The notes: generated from the letters alone by a model not told the origin. A stretch of DNA of 64,000 nt from an uncultured Chloroflexia bacterium (GCA_963812115.1 CAWEUD010000041.1:95735-159734); one strand, 5' to 3'. Shown: positions 1-9,345, counted from the stretch's first letter. Program-made: numbers and translations.

Positions 1-19
1 CCGGGGCAAGGAGGCAACC

Positions 20-433
20 GTGGCAGGAAGCAGCATCGACCTGGTGCAGCGCTTCATCGACGAGGTATTCGTGGCGCGTCGGGCAGACGCCGTGAAGGAG
101 TTGGTGACGCCGGACTTCGTGTCCCATCCGCTCCCCGGCGCCGGTCCTGAGGTCATGGAGGCGGCGATCGGCCGCGTGGCCGGGGCGCTGACCGATGCGA
201 GCTTCGAGATCCAGGACACGATCGCGGAGGATGATCGCGTCGCCGTGCGGCTCGTTTCGTCCGCCGTGCATTCGGGGACGTTCATGGGCATTCCGCCCAC
301 CGGACGCCGCTACACCATCGAGGAGATCCACATCTTCCGCCTCGTCGACGGGCGCGTGGCAGAACACTGGCACCAGATGGATTCGCTCGGGATGCTGCAG
401 CAGCTGGGCGTTTCGCCGGGTGGCGGCGGGTGA
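20..433 (+). CDS. SnoaL-like ester cyclase (NTF2 fold)
   Basis: 137 aa; 'H.GTFMGIPPTGRR...IHIFRLVDGRVAEHW' signature; RBS AAGGAGG upstream. Confidence 0.9.
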   Translation: MAGSSIDLVQRFIDEVFVARRADAVKELVTPDFVSHPLPGAGPEVMEAAIGRVAGALTDASFEIQDTIAEDDRVAVRLVSSAVHSGTFMGIPPTGRRYTIEEIHIFRLVDGRVAEHWHQMDSLGMLQQLGVSPGGGG

Positions 434-467
434 GGACAACTGCCGCGGTGCGATAATCGGTCCCGTC

Positions 468-1994
468 ATGACCTTGACCAAGAAGGACGAGACCCGCCCG
501 GGGGCCGGCGCGTGGGGGCTCGCTGCACGGGGCAACCTCCCATGGGAGTACGCACCAGCCCCCGAAGCGACCGATCACATCCGGATCCGACCGGAGTACG
601 GCCTCTTCATCGGCAACGAGTTCGCGCCATCGCGTCCGCGAGCCTGGTTCGACGTGATCAACCCCGCCACCGAGGAAACGCTGGCGAAGGTCGCCCGGGC
701 GTCGAAGGCCGATGTCAACCGTGCCGTGACCACTGCCCGGGACGCCTACGACTCGACCTGGTCGCGCCTTCCCGGCAGCGAGCGCGCCAAGTACCTCTAC
801 CGCATCGCGCGCATCATCCAGGAGCGCTCCCGCGAGTTCGCGGTGGTGGAGACGCTCAACTCGGGCAAGCCCATCAAGGAATCGCGCGACGTCGACGTGC
901 CGCTCGCTGCGGCGCACTTCTTCTACTACGCGGGCTGGGCCGACAAGCTGGACTACGCCTTCGCGCACCGCGAGCCGCGCTCGCTGGGCGTGGCCGCCCA
1001 GATCATCCCGTGGAACTTCCCGCTGCTGATGCTGGCCTGGAAGATCGCACCGGCGCTGGCGGCCGGCAACACGGTCGTCCTGAAGCCCGCATCCACCACG
1101 CCCCTGACCGCCTACCTCTTCGCCGATGTCGTGCAGCAGGCAGAGCTCCCGCCGGGCGTGGTCAACATCATCACCGGGCCGGGCGAGATCGGGATGGAGC
1201 TGGTGAAGCACCCCGACGTCAACAAGGTGGCTTTCACCGGCTCGACCGCAGTCGGCAAGATGATCGCTCGCGCGGTCGCCGGGTCGCACAAGAAGCTGAC
1301 CCTGGAGCTGGGCGGCAAGGCGGCCAACATCGTCTTCGACGACGCGCCGCTCGACCAGGCCATCGAGGGCATCATCAACGGCATCTACTTCAACCAGGGC
1401 GAGGTCTGCTGCGCCGGTTCGCGGCTCTTCGTCCAGGAGAGCGTCTACGAACCGCTCCTCGACAAGCTGAAGGACCGCCTGGGCACCATGCGCGTTGGTG
1501 ATCCGCTCGACAAGAACACCGACGTCGGTGCCATCAACTCGGCCGCGCAGCTGGCGAAGATCACGGAGCTCGTCCAGTCCGGCGTCGATGAAGGGGCCGA
1601 CATCTTCCAGCCGGATTGCCAGCTCCCGGATCGCGGCTTCTTCTTCCGGCCCACCCTCTTCACCGGCGTGAGCCAGTCGCACCGAATCGCCCAGGAAGAG
1701 ATCTTCGGGCCGGTCCTGTCGGTCCTGACCTTCCGGACACCCGAGGAGGCGATCGAGAAGGCGAACAACACGCCGTACGGCCTCTCCGCCGGCGTCTGGA
1801 CCGAGAAGGGCAGCCGCATCTTCAAGATGGTGAGCGCCATGCGCGCCGGCGTGGTCTGGGCCAACACTTTCAACCGCTTCGATCCGACCTCGCCCTTCGG
1901 CGGCTACAAGGAGTCGGGGTACGGTCGCGAGGGCGGCCTGCATGGCCTCGCCGCCTACCTGGACCTGTCAGCGAACGGTACACCGGGCCGATGA
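468..1994 (+). CDS. Aldehyde dehydrogenase family protein (full length)
   Basis: PWNFP, FTGST, LELGGK, catalytic region NQGEVCCAG, EEIFGP, PFGGYKESGYGREG; start taken at ATG 468. Confidence 0.93.
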   Translation: MTLTKKDETRPGAGAWGLAARGNLPWEYAPAPEATDHIRIRPEYGLFIGNEFAPSRPRAWFDVINPATEETLAKVARASKADVNRAVTTARDAYDSTWSRLPGSERAKYLYRIARIIQERSREFAVVETLNSGKPIKESRDVDVPLAAAHFFYYAGWADKLDYAFAHREPRSLGVAAQIIPWNFPLLMLAWKIAPALAAGNTVVLKPASTTPLTAYLFADVVQQAELPPGVVNIITGPGEIGMELVKHPDVNKVAFTGSTAVGKMIARAVAGSHKKLTLELGGKAANIVFDDAPLDQAIEGIINGIYFNQGEVCCAGSRLFVQESVYEPLLDKLKDRLGTMRVGDPLDKNTDVGAINSAAQLAKITELVQSGVDEGADIFQPDCQLPDRGFFFRPTLFTGVSQSHRIAQEEIFGPVLSVLTFRTPEEAIEKANNTPYGLSAGVWTEKGSRIFKMVSAMRAGVVWANTFNRFDPTSPFGGYKESGYGREGGLHGLAAYLDLSANGTPGR

Positions 1995-2034
1995 GCGCCT
2001 GGGAGCGCGCCGAGACGGCGCTTGGTGCCGCCTG

Positions 2035-3024
2035 ATGGCCAGTCCTCGCCGGACCACGACGCGCACGCGGGCCACGCAACGGGCATCGGTCCTCGACGAG
2101 CCCGCGCGTCAACCGCTGGCGGCCGCCACCGGGGGCGGATCCGCCGCGGAGCGCATCGGCGTCCGGAAGACCTACAAGCTCTACATCGGCGGCCAGTTCC
2201 CGCGTACCGAGTCGGGCCGCGCGTACGAGATCCACGACGCGAAGGGCCGGCTCCTGGCGAACGCCTGCCGCGGGACGCGCAAGGACATCCGCGAGGCGGT
2301 GCGTGCCGCCCGCAAGGCGTTCCCAGGCTGGGCCGCGAAGACGGCCTACAACCGCAGCCAGATCTTGTACCGCATCGCGGAGCTGATGGAGGGGCGGCGC
2401 GAACAGTTCGTGGCCGAGGTCATGACCGCGGAGGGCGTCGGGCGCCGTCGGGCGACGCGCCTCGTCGACGCGGCAATCGACCGATGGGTCTGGTACGCCG
2501 GCTGGGCCGACAAGTTCTCGCAGATGCTGGGAACCGTGAACCAGGTCGCCGGGTCCTACTTCAACTTCAGCGTCCCCGAGCCGACCGGCGTGGTGGGAGT
2601 CATCGCGTCGGAGGAGAGCAGCCTGCTGGGCCTGGTCAGCCGCCTCGCGCCGGTGATCCTGTCGGGGAACTGCGCGGTCGTCATCGCATCGGAGTCGCGC
2701 CCGCTGCCGGCCGTCACGCTGACCGAGGTCCTCGCCACCTCTGACGTGCCGGGCGGCGTCGTGAACCTCATCACCGGTCTGCGTGGGGAGCTCGTCTCGC
2801 ACCTGGCCAGCCACATGGATGTCAACGCGCTCGACGCCTACGGGCTGGATCCGGATCAGGCGCAGGCCATCGAGGAGAACGCCACGGAGAACGTGAAGCG
2901 CTTCGTGCGGCCGCCGGCCGGTGGCGATGGGGCGGTTGACTGGCTCAGCCCGCGCGCCCAATCGCCGTACCTCGTCGGCGAGTTCGTCGAGACCAAGACG
3001 GTCTGGCATCCCATCGGCTCCTGA
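2035..3024 (+). CDS. Short aldehyde dehydrogenase family protein (NAD-binding part only)
   Basis: KTYKLYIGG..PRTESGR N-terminus, WYAGWADK, EPTGVV, ends ETKTVWHPIG; lacks catalytic domain. Confidence 0.85.
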   Translation: MASPRRTTTRTRATQRASVLDEPARQPLAAATGGGSAAERIGVRKTYKLYIGGQFPRTESGRAYEIHDAKGRLLANACRGTRKDIREAVRAARKAFPGWAAKTAYNRSQILYRIAELMEGRREQFVAEVMTAEGVGRRRATRLVDAAIDRWVWYAGWADKFSQMLGTVNQVAGSYFNFSVPEPTGVVGVIASEESSLLGLVSRLAPVILSGNCAVVIASESRPLPAVTLTEVLATSDVPGGVVNLITGLRGELVSHLASHMDVNALDAYGLDPDQAQAIEENATENVKRFVRPPAGGDGAVDWLSPRAQSPYLVGEFVETKTVWHPIGS

Positions 3025-3027
3025 GGC

Positions 3028-4335
3028 TTAGCCGAAGAACGAAACCACCGTGCTGGCCAGCAGGACCAGCGTGAGCAGGATGACCAGACCGGTCATCGTC
3101 CACGCCACGACGTTCAGCCAACGTGGGTTGGTATGGCGACCCATGATCCGCGGGTTGTTCGCCAGCCGCAGCATGAAGACCAGGATCACCGGCAGCAGGA
3201 TGCCATTCAGCAGCTGGCTGGCCAGGATGAGTCCGATGAGCGGCAGGCCCGGGATGAGGACGACCACCGCGCCGATGACGATGAGCGCGCTGAAGAGGCC
3301 CATGAAGACCGGCGCCTCCGAGAAACGCCGGCTGACGCCCGATTCCCAGCCGAAGGATTCGCAGACGGCATAGCTCGTCGTCAGCGGCATCACCGTGGCG
3401 GCCAGGACCGACGCGCCGAAGAGACCGAAGGCGAAGAGCACCCCGGCTGCGTCGCCAGCAAGGGGACGCAGGGCGACGGCCGCATCCTCCGCGCTTTCGA
3501 TCCGGACCCCGGTGCCGAAGATCGTGGTGGCGGTGGCGATGATGATGAAGAGGGCGATGACGTTGGTCCACAGCGCGCCCAGCACCGCATCGGCCTGCTC
3601 GAAGCGGAGCTCCTCGGGCCCGAGCCCCTTGTCGGCCACCGATGACTGCAGGTAGAAGAACATGTAGGGCGTGATGGTCGTGCCCACGGCGGTGACCATC
3701 AGCACCAGGAAGCTCGGCTCCAGCGAGACCGATGGCACGACCACGCTGCGCAGCACGCCGCCCCAGTCGGGCCCGACGACGAACGCGCTGACGACGTAGG
3801 CGATGAAGACCACGGCCACCGACAGGAAGACCCGCTCCACGACCCGGTAGCTGGCGAAGACGACGAGGGCCCAGATGGCCGCCGCGACGACCGGAACCGT
3901 CACGAAGCGAGGGATCCCGAACAGCTCGAGTGCCGCGCCGGCACCGGCGAACTCGGCGACGACGTTCATCCCGTTGGCAGCGAGGACGACCAGCATGGCG
4001 ACGGCCGTCCAGCGGATCCCGAAGTCGTCCCGGATGAGATCGCCCAGCCCCTGCCCGGAGACGGCTCCCATGCGTGCCGCCATCTCCAGCACGATGGCCA
4101 GCATCAGCGTCGTGAGCGGGAGGATCCAGAGCAACCGGAGGCCCGTCTCGGCTCCCAGGACGCTGTAGGTTGCGATGCCGCCGGCATCGTTGCCGGCCAG
4201 GCCGGCAATGAGCCCCGGGCCCAGGACCGCCAGGAACGCCAGCAGGCCGGTCCGGTGGACGCGGAAGTTGGGGAGCCGATCGCGCAGGCTGCGCTGCATT
4301 CGACGTAGCGGCAGCCGCACGCCCGGTCGCGCCAC
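3028..4335 (-). CDS. Nramp/SLC11 divalent cation transporter (NRMT-like)
   Basis: GPGLIAGLAGNDAGGIATYS in TM1, EMAARMG, GTTITPY in TM6, about 11 TM segments. Confidence 0.9.
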   Translation of the reverse strand: MARPGVRLPLRRMQRSLRDRLPNFRVHRTGLLAFLAVLGPGLIAGLAGNDAGGIATYSVLGAETGLRLLWILPLTTLMLAIVLEMAARMGAVSGQGLGDLIRDDFGIRWTAVAMLVVLAANGMNVVAEFAGAGAALELFGIPRFVTVPVVAAAIWALVVFASYRVVERVFLSVAVVFIAYVVSAFVVGPDWGGVLRSVVVPSVSLEPSFLVLMVTAVGTTITPYMFFYLQSSVADKGLGPEELRFEQADAVLGALWTNVIALFIIIATATTIFGTGVRIESAEDAAVALRPLAGDAAGVLFAFGLFGASVLAATVMPLTTSYAVCESFGWESGVSRRFSEAPVFMGLFSALIVIGAVVVLIPGLPLIGLILASQLLNGILLPVILVFMLRLANNPRIMGRHTNPRWLNVVAWTMTGLVILLTLVLLASTVVSFFG

Positions 4336-4338
4336 GCC

Positions 4339-5616
4339 TCAGCGCTCCTCGGCCGGTTCGAACACCTCCGGCAGCCGCTTGCGCCAGCCTTCACCCAGCG
4401 CGCGCTCCAGCGCATCGTCCACGGTCACGATGCCCCGCAGGCGTCCTGCGTCGTCGACGACCGGCAGCGCGAGCAGGTTGTAGCGCGCGATGGCGAGACC
4501 GACCTCACCCGCGTCCGTCTCTAGCGTCACGCTGATGGGGTCGGGCCGGAGAAAGTCGCGTACCGGTGTCGCGGGGTCCGCGACGATCAGGCCGCGAAGG
4601 GTGATCGTCCCCACCAGCAGACCGTCGGCATCGGTGACGTAGAGGTAGTAGACCTGGTCGGCCGAGGGCGCCAGCGTGCGGAGCATCTCGATCACCTCGC
4701 CGGCGGTCTGGTCGGCGGTCAGGGTGATGAAATCGGTCGTCATGAGGCCGCCCGCCGTCTCTTCGCCGTAGGCGAGCAGCTGCCGGACCTCGGAGGCCTC
4801 CTCCGGCTCCATCAGGGCGAGCAGCTCCTCCTGCCGCTCCGTTGACAGGTCCGCGACCAGGTCCGCCGCCTCGTCGGGGCCCATCTCCTCCAGGATGTCG
4901 GCGGCGCGCTCCGGCGGCAGGGCCTCCAGGACGTCGACCTGGTCGTCGGCGCCGAGCTCCTCCAGGACATCGGCTGCACGCTCGTCGTCGAGGGCGGCAA
5001 GAATGCCGGCGCGGTCGCGCGGGGCGAGCTGTTCGACGATGTGCGCGACATCGGCCGGGTGCAGGGTCGAGAGCGCCTGGTGGGGGACCCGAAGCTTCAG
5101 CGACGAGACGCTCGACTCGACCGGATCCACGTCCTCCCACTCGATGTAGTTCTCCGTCTCGACCCCGATGGCCCGCGCCAGCCGCTCGCCTGGCCCCGCC
5201 AGTCCCAGCCGACGCAGGATGCCCGCCAGGCCCACGTCGACGGCCACCAATCGGAGGCGGCCGCGGACGGGCGCCAGCTGGATGTCGTTGACCCGCACGA
5301 TCTTGCGGCCCTCGACGTCCACGATCTGCTTGTCCTGCAGGTCGAGCCAGAGCCGGATCTCGTTCGGCCGTTGCTGGTAGGCGGTGATGTCGATGCTCGA
5401 GGTGCGCAGGCGCGCGCCCGAGGCGTCCACCTCCTCGACGTCGGACCAGGGCAGGAAGATGTCGCGGCCGCCGGCGACGCGCAGCACCAGTCCGGTGACG
5501 GGCGGGTAGCGCTCGCCGAGCGCGACGATCAGGTCACGAACCTTGCCGAAGGGCTCGCCGTTGCGGTCACGTGCCGTTCGGCCGACCAGCCGGCTAAGGA
5601 AGAGCATCTCCACCAC
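4339..5616 (-). CDS. MgtE intracellular domain / CBS domain protein (PRC + MgtE_N + 2 CBS, no TM domain)
   Basis: LHPADVA, acidic MgtE_N repeats, TAGGLMTT, LLALPVVD..GRLRGIVTVDD; no hydrophobic C-terminal domain. Confidence 0.88.
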   Translation of the reverse strand: MVEMLFLSRLVGRTARDRNGEPFGKVRDLIVALGERYPPVTGLVLRVAGGRDIFLPWSDVEEVDASGARLRTSSIDITAYQQRPNEIRLWLDLQDKQIVDVEGRKIVRVNDIQLAPVRGRLRLVAVDVGLAGILRRLGLAGPGERLARAIGVETENYIEWEDVDPVESSVSSLKLRVPHQALSTLHPADVAHIVEQLAPRDRAGILAALDDERAADVLEELGADDQVDVLEALPPERAADILEEMGPDEAADLVADLSTERQEELLALMEPEEASEVRQLLAYGEETAGGLMTTDFITLTADQTAGEVIEMLRTLAPSADQVYYLYVTDADGLLVGTITLRGLIVADPATPVRDFLRPDPISVTLETDAGEVGLAIARYNLLALPVVDDAGRLRGIVTVDDALERALGEGWRKRLPEVFEPAEER

Positions 5617-5688
5617 CTCGCGTTCGGCGCGCGTCCGGCCGAACGGGAACCCAGGGGATGGCGTGCGACGGTCGGACCGCCGGTGATT

Positions 5689-6345
5689 CTAGACCGATGC
5701 CCCCGATGCCGGAACCCCATCTCCCGTCGCCCCCTCCCGAGAGCGGGCCCGATGGCGGGCCGCCTTCGCCCGGTTGCCGCAGGTGCGCATGTCGCACCAG
5801 CGCCGACGGCCGGTGGGGGAGTGATCGACGAAGAGGTAGCGGCAGCCGGGATTGGCGCACACGCGGAGGCGCTCGGCTCGGCCCGCGGCCAGGAACTCCG
5901 CGAAGGATTCGGCAATGGCGGCGCGGGCCTGGTCCAGCCGGTCGCCAACCTGCGCGACCGCGTAGCTCGTTCTGCCCGGTGCGTGTCGGAGCTGGTGGTA
6001 GTGCAGGCCGTGCCTGAGGATGTGGTTGAGCTCACCGAGGTGCGCCGGGCTGGGCGCGCCCAGCTCGTCGATGTCCACCGCAACGGCACGCAGGACGTCC
6101 CGCAGGCGGCGGAATCGTTGCAGCCGCCGCGCCGCCTCCTGCGGCTGGCGTCGCAGCCGGCCGGCCTCCGCCGCGCGGCCGCGGGCGCTGATCAGCTGGG
6201 CGTCGCGAAGCCACCCGACGAGGGCGTCGACATTGGGGAGATGCTCAACGGCCTCGTCGCGGCTGAACTCCAGGGTATTCGCGAAGCGGACGAAGAGCTC
6301 GTCCACCTGCTCGGGCACGTCGACTGCACCATGCTTGTGGATCAT
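5689..6345 (-). CDS. CGNR zinc-finger (ABATE domain) protein, putative transcription regulator
   Basis: FANT N-terminal motif; C-x4-C..FVDHS...RRWCDMRTCGNRAKAARHR. Confidence 0.92.
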   Translation of the reverse strand: MIHKHGAVDVPEQVDELFVRFANTLEFSRDEAVEHLPNVDALVGWLRDAQLISARGRAAEAGRLRRQPQEAARRLQRFRRLRDVLRAVAVDIDELGAPSPAHLGELNHILRHGLHYHQLRHAPGRTSYAVAQVGDRLDQARAAIAESFAEFLAAGRAERLRVCANPGCRYLFVDHSPTGRRRWCDMRTCGNRAKAARHRARSREGATGDGVPASGASV

Positions 6346-6349
6346 GACG

Positions 6350-6430
6350 TAACCAGTATAACTCGCTTGACAAGTTACTCAAGCGTCAGTAGAATGATGC
6401 CATAACCGATATAATCCCAGATAGCAGTTA
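6350..6430. promoter_or_regulatory. Divergent promoter region: TTGACA-N17-TAGAAT (+) with two TAAC-N20-GTTA inverted repeats
   Basis: TTGACA 6367-6372, TAGAAT 6390-6395; boxes 6350-6377 and 6403-6430; minus-strand TATACT 6355-6360 ahead of the CGNR ATG. Confidence 0.75.
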
Positions 6431-6445
6431 TCCCGGAGTGCAGCC

Positions 6446-6532
6446 ATGATCCAACTGATCCTTCTCCTCGCGGCCGTGGTCGTCTTCGACCTCGCTGCCG
6501 TACGGTTCGGCGCAGACAGCCGGTCGTCTTGA
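6446..6532 (+). CDS. Small single-TM peptide (28 aa, MIQLILLLAAVVVFDLAAVRFGADSRSS)
   Basis: GGAG RBS at 6435-6438, hydrophobic helix, follows a near-consensus promoter. Confidence 0.65.
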   Translation: MIQLILLLAAVVVFDLAAVRFGADSRSS

Positions 6533-6585
6533 GGATCACGCGTACTTCGCGGCTCGCGCGAGCCGTGGTGACCAGGAGGTAAGCC

Positions 6586-6750
6586 ATGAGTCGAGGTGCC
6601 ACGTACCTCGGTCTGCTGGCAGCGCTGCGCCAGGATGAACTCCTGGGTGAATCGATGCGACGGCGCCGTGCGACGACCGTGATTCGTCACCGCCGCAACC
6701 GTTCGATTTCCGACCGCCTGCGACAGGTGATGCGCATTCCACGCAGCTGA
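6586..6750 (+). CDS. Small basic hypothetical protein (54 aa, MSRGATYLGLLAALRQDELLGESMRRRR...)
   Basis: Strong RBS AGGAGGT 6574-6580; followed by terminator-like hairpin. Confidence 0.7.
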   Translation: MSRGATYLGLLAALRQDELLGESMRRRRATTVIRHRRNRSISDRLRQVMRIPRS

Positions 6751-6767
6751 GGCCAACGACCAACCGC

Positions 6768-6798
6768 GACGGCCCGCTCCGAAAGGGCGGGCCGTCTT
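6768..6798 (+). terminator. GC-rich hairpin with GAAA loop
   Basis: GACGGCCCGCTCC-GAAA-GGGCGGGCCGTC-TT after the small ORFs. Confidence 0.65.
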
Positions 6799-6820
6799 GC
6801 TGCCCGTAGAATTGCGGGCA

Positions 6821-8572
6821 ATGCCCAGACCCCGCACCGTCACGCGATCGTCCGACGTTGGGATCAGCAACGGCGAGCTGGCCGGTGTCTTCCGTGAGAT
6901 TGGCGACATGCTCGAGATCATGGGCGAGGTGGTCTACAAGTCGGTCGCCTACCGACGCGTGGCCGATGCCATCGAGCGCTATCCCGATGACGTGGCCGCC
7001 CTCTACCGTGCCGGGGCGCCGCCGAAGCTGCCCGGCGCGGGCCCGGCGCTCGGCGCGAAGCTCGCCGAGCTGGCCGAGACCGGTGCCCTCGGCTACCACG
7101 AACGGCTGCGAGCGCAGGTACCGGAAGGCCTCCTGGGGATGCTGCGCATTCCCGGCGTCGGTCCCCGGACGGTGAAGCTCCTTTATGCGGAGCTGGGCAT
7201 CGACTCGGTGGCCGCATTGCGCGCCGCCGCCGAAGACGGACGCCTGCGCGACGTGAAGGGGCTCTCGCGGCGCACGGAGGAGAACGTCCTGGCCGGGATC
7301 GCTCGGTTGGAGCGGGTGGGAACCCGCCTATTACTGCACGACGCCGACGCGTTGATCGCCGGCCTCCTGGAGGAGCTCGGTGACGTTCCGGGCGTGACCC
7401 GGCTCGAGCCGGCAGGTTCCCTCCGGCGGCGCCGAGCGACGATCGGCGATCTCGACCTGCTGGCCGCCACCACGCGGCCGGACGCGCTCGTCAAGCGGCT
7501 CGACGGGCTGCCGCAGGTCGAGCGGGTCCTGTCGGCCGGGACGGACAAGTCGTCGATCGTGCTTCGCGCCGGCCCGCGCGTCGATCTCATGATCTGCGCA
7601 CCTGAGGCGTGGGGCACGCATTTCGTCCACTTCACCGGCAGCAAGGAGCACAACGTCGCCCTGCGCGGCATCGCCCTCGATGCGGGCCTCTCGCTCTCGG
7701 AGAAGGGGTTCAAGGTGGTCGAGACCGGCGAGCTGCTCCGGGAGGCGGACGAGGCGGGCGTCTACGCGCGGCTGGACATGCCCTGGATTCCGGCAGAGCT
7801 GCGCGAGGATAGCGGGGAGATCCAGGCCGCGAGGGAGGGACGCCTCCCACAGCTCGTCACCGACGACGAGATCCGGGGCGACACGCACGTCCACTCCGAC
7901 TGGACCGATGGTGTGGATACGATCGAGGCGATGGCGCGGGCGTCGCGCGACCGCGGGTTGGAATGGATCGTCCTCACCGACCACTCGCCGTCGCTCGGCA
8001 TCACCCGGGGACTCACCCCCGACCGGGTTGATGAGCAGCGCCACGAGCTCGCGCGCTTGAATGCCGAGCTCGCACCATTCAGGATCATGCACGGGACGGA
8101 GATGGAGATCCGCGCCGATGGCAGCCTCGACTACCCCGACGCGCTGCTGGCCGGCTTCGACCTGGTGGTCGCCTCTGTCCACACCGCCCGTAGCCAGTCG
8201 AGCGAGGCGCTCACGCGGCGGACCGTGGCGGCCATCGAGAATCCGCACGTCGACGTGATCGCTCATCCCACCGGACGCATCGTGAACCGGCGGGATCCCG
8301 TTTCGCTCGACTGGCCGCGGGTCTTCGCAGCGGCCAGGGAGCACGGGACCGCGCTCGAGATCAACGGCAGCCCGCGCCTCGACCTCGATGATGCGCTGGC
8401 GCGCGCCGCGCGCGAAGCCGGTGCACGGCTGACCGTCGCCAGCGATGCTCACCGCACCGAGGAGCTGGACCAGCTGCGCTACGCCGTCTCGACGGCTCGA
8501 CGGGCATGGGTGACTTCCGCCGACCTGCTGGGAACGGCATCTGCCGACGAGTTGCTGGAGCGCCTCAGATGA
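6821..8572 (+). CDS. polX: DNA polymerase X / PHP 3'-5' exonuclease
   Basis: HhH motifs, AGSLRR, GDLDLL, RVDL, HFTGSKEHN; PHP motifs HVHSDWTDG, TDHS, AHP, SDAH. Confidence 0.95.
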   Translation: MPRPRTVTRSSDVGISNGELAGVFREIGDMLEIMGEVVYKSVAYRRVADAIERYPDDVAALYRAGAPPKLPGAGPALGAKLAELAETGALGYHERLRAQVPEGLLGMLRIPGVGPRTVKLLYAELGIDSVAALRAAAEDGRLRDVKGLSRRTEENVLAGIARLERVGTRLLLHDADALIAGLLEELGDVPGVTRLEPAGSLRRRRATIGDLDLLAATTRPDALVKRLDGLPQVERVLSAGTDKSSIVLRAGPRVDLMICAPEAWGTHFVHFTGSKEHNVALRGIALDAGLSLSEKGFKVVETGELLREADEAGVYARLDMPWIPAELREDSGEIQAAREGRLPQLVTDDEIRGDTHVHSDWTDGVDTIEAMARASRDRGLEWIVLTDHSPSLGITRGLTPDRVDEQRHELARLNAELAPFRIMHGTEMEIRADGSLDYPDALLAGFDLVVASVHTARSQSSEALTRRTVAAIENPHVDVIAHPTGRIVNRRDPVSLDWPRVFAAAREHGTALEINGSPRLDLDDALARAAREAGARLTVASDAHRTEELDQLRYAVSTARRAWVTSADLLGTASADELLERLR

Positions 8573-9345
8573 CCATCCGCCGGGTGACGGGACACTGGTC
8601 GTGGCGCCTCTCGGCGCGCGTCGAGCGACCGGAGGTCGTGCTGCTGGCCGTCGCGCTCGCCGGCCTCGCCGGGTACGGCTGGTACGCCTCGGCCTTCGGG
8701 CTCGCCGTGGTGGTCGGCGTGCAGCTGGCGCTGGGTGGGCTGGGGACCGTCTGGATCATCGGGCCGGCCACGGCGCGGCTCGGGTTCGCTCGCTACGGGA
8801 CCACGGCGCTGGCCGCCGTCGCCATGACGCTCTTCGGGCGTGCGGTGGTGGGCGACGTCGGCCTCTACCTGCTACCCGTCGCGCTGGCGGTAGTTTGGGC
8901 CACCCTGCGCCTGGAGCTCGAGCTGCAGGCCACGCTGCGCGGCCGCCTCGCGCTGGAGCTGCTCATGGTCGCCGTCGTGTTCGCGGCGGCCGAGGGCTCG
9001 ATTGCACTCGTCCCCCGCCAGTCGTGGAGTGACGGCCTCGCGCTGCTGGTGCTGGTTTCCGTCGTACCGGCCATCCGGATGGGCGAGGCAAGCGGTCGCT
9101 ACGGTGTACGCGCGGTGGGTGAGGGCCTGCTCCACCTCCTGGCTGTCGCCCAGGTGGCGGCAGCCGTCCATATCCTGGCCGTGCCCGCGCTGGTGGGCGC
9201 GGCGCTGGTGGCCCTCACGTTTCACGCCTGGTCGGGAGCCGCGGAGGCACTGGAGGGCGGAGCATCGGCCCGGACGGTCGCGCTCGAGTTTGGAGCACTT
9301 GCGATCCTCGGCCTAGTGGTGGCACTGCTCCTGCAGGGCGGGTGA
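8569..9345 (+). CDS. Multi-pass membrane protein, unknown function
   Basis: ATGA overlap with polX stop; about 8-9 hydrophobic segments. Confidence 0.75.
   Translation: MTIRRVTGHWSWRLSARVERPEVVLLAVALAGLAGYGWYASAFGLAVVVGVQLALGGLGTVWIIGPATARLGFARYGTTALAAVAMTLFGRAVVGDVGLYLLPVALAVVWATLRLELELQATLRGRLALELLMVAVVFAAAEGSIALVPRQSWSDGLALLVLVSVVPAIRMGEASGRYGVRAVGEGLLHLLAVAQVAAAVHILAVPALVGAALVALTFHAWSGAAEALEGGASARTVALEFGALAILGLVVALLLQGG

Noticed and set aside
5617-5688. Possible M-box riboswitch upstream of the Mg transport genes
   Set aside because: The gap is only about 70 bp and shows no M-box consensus.
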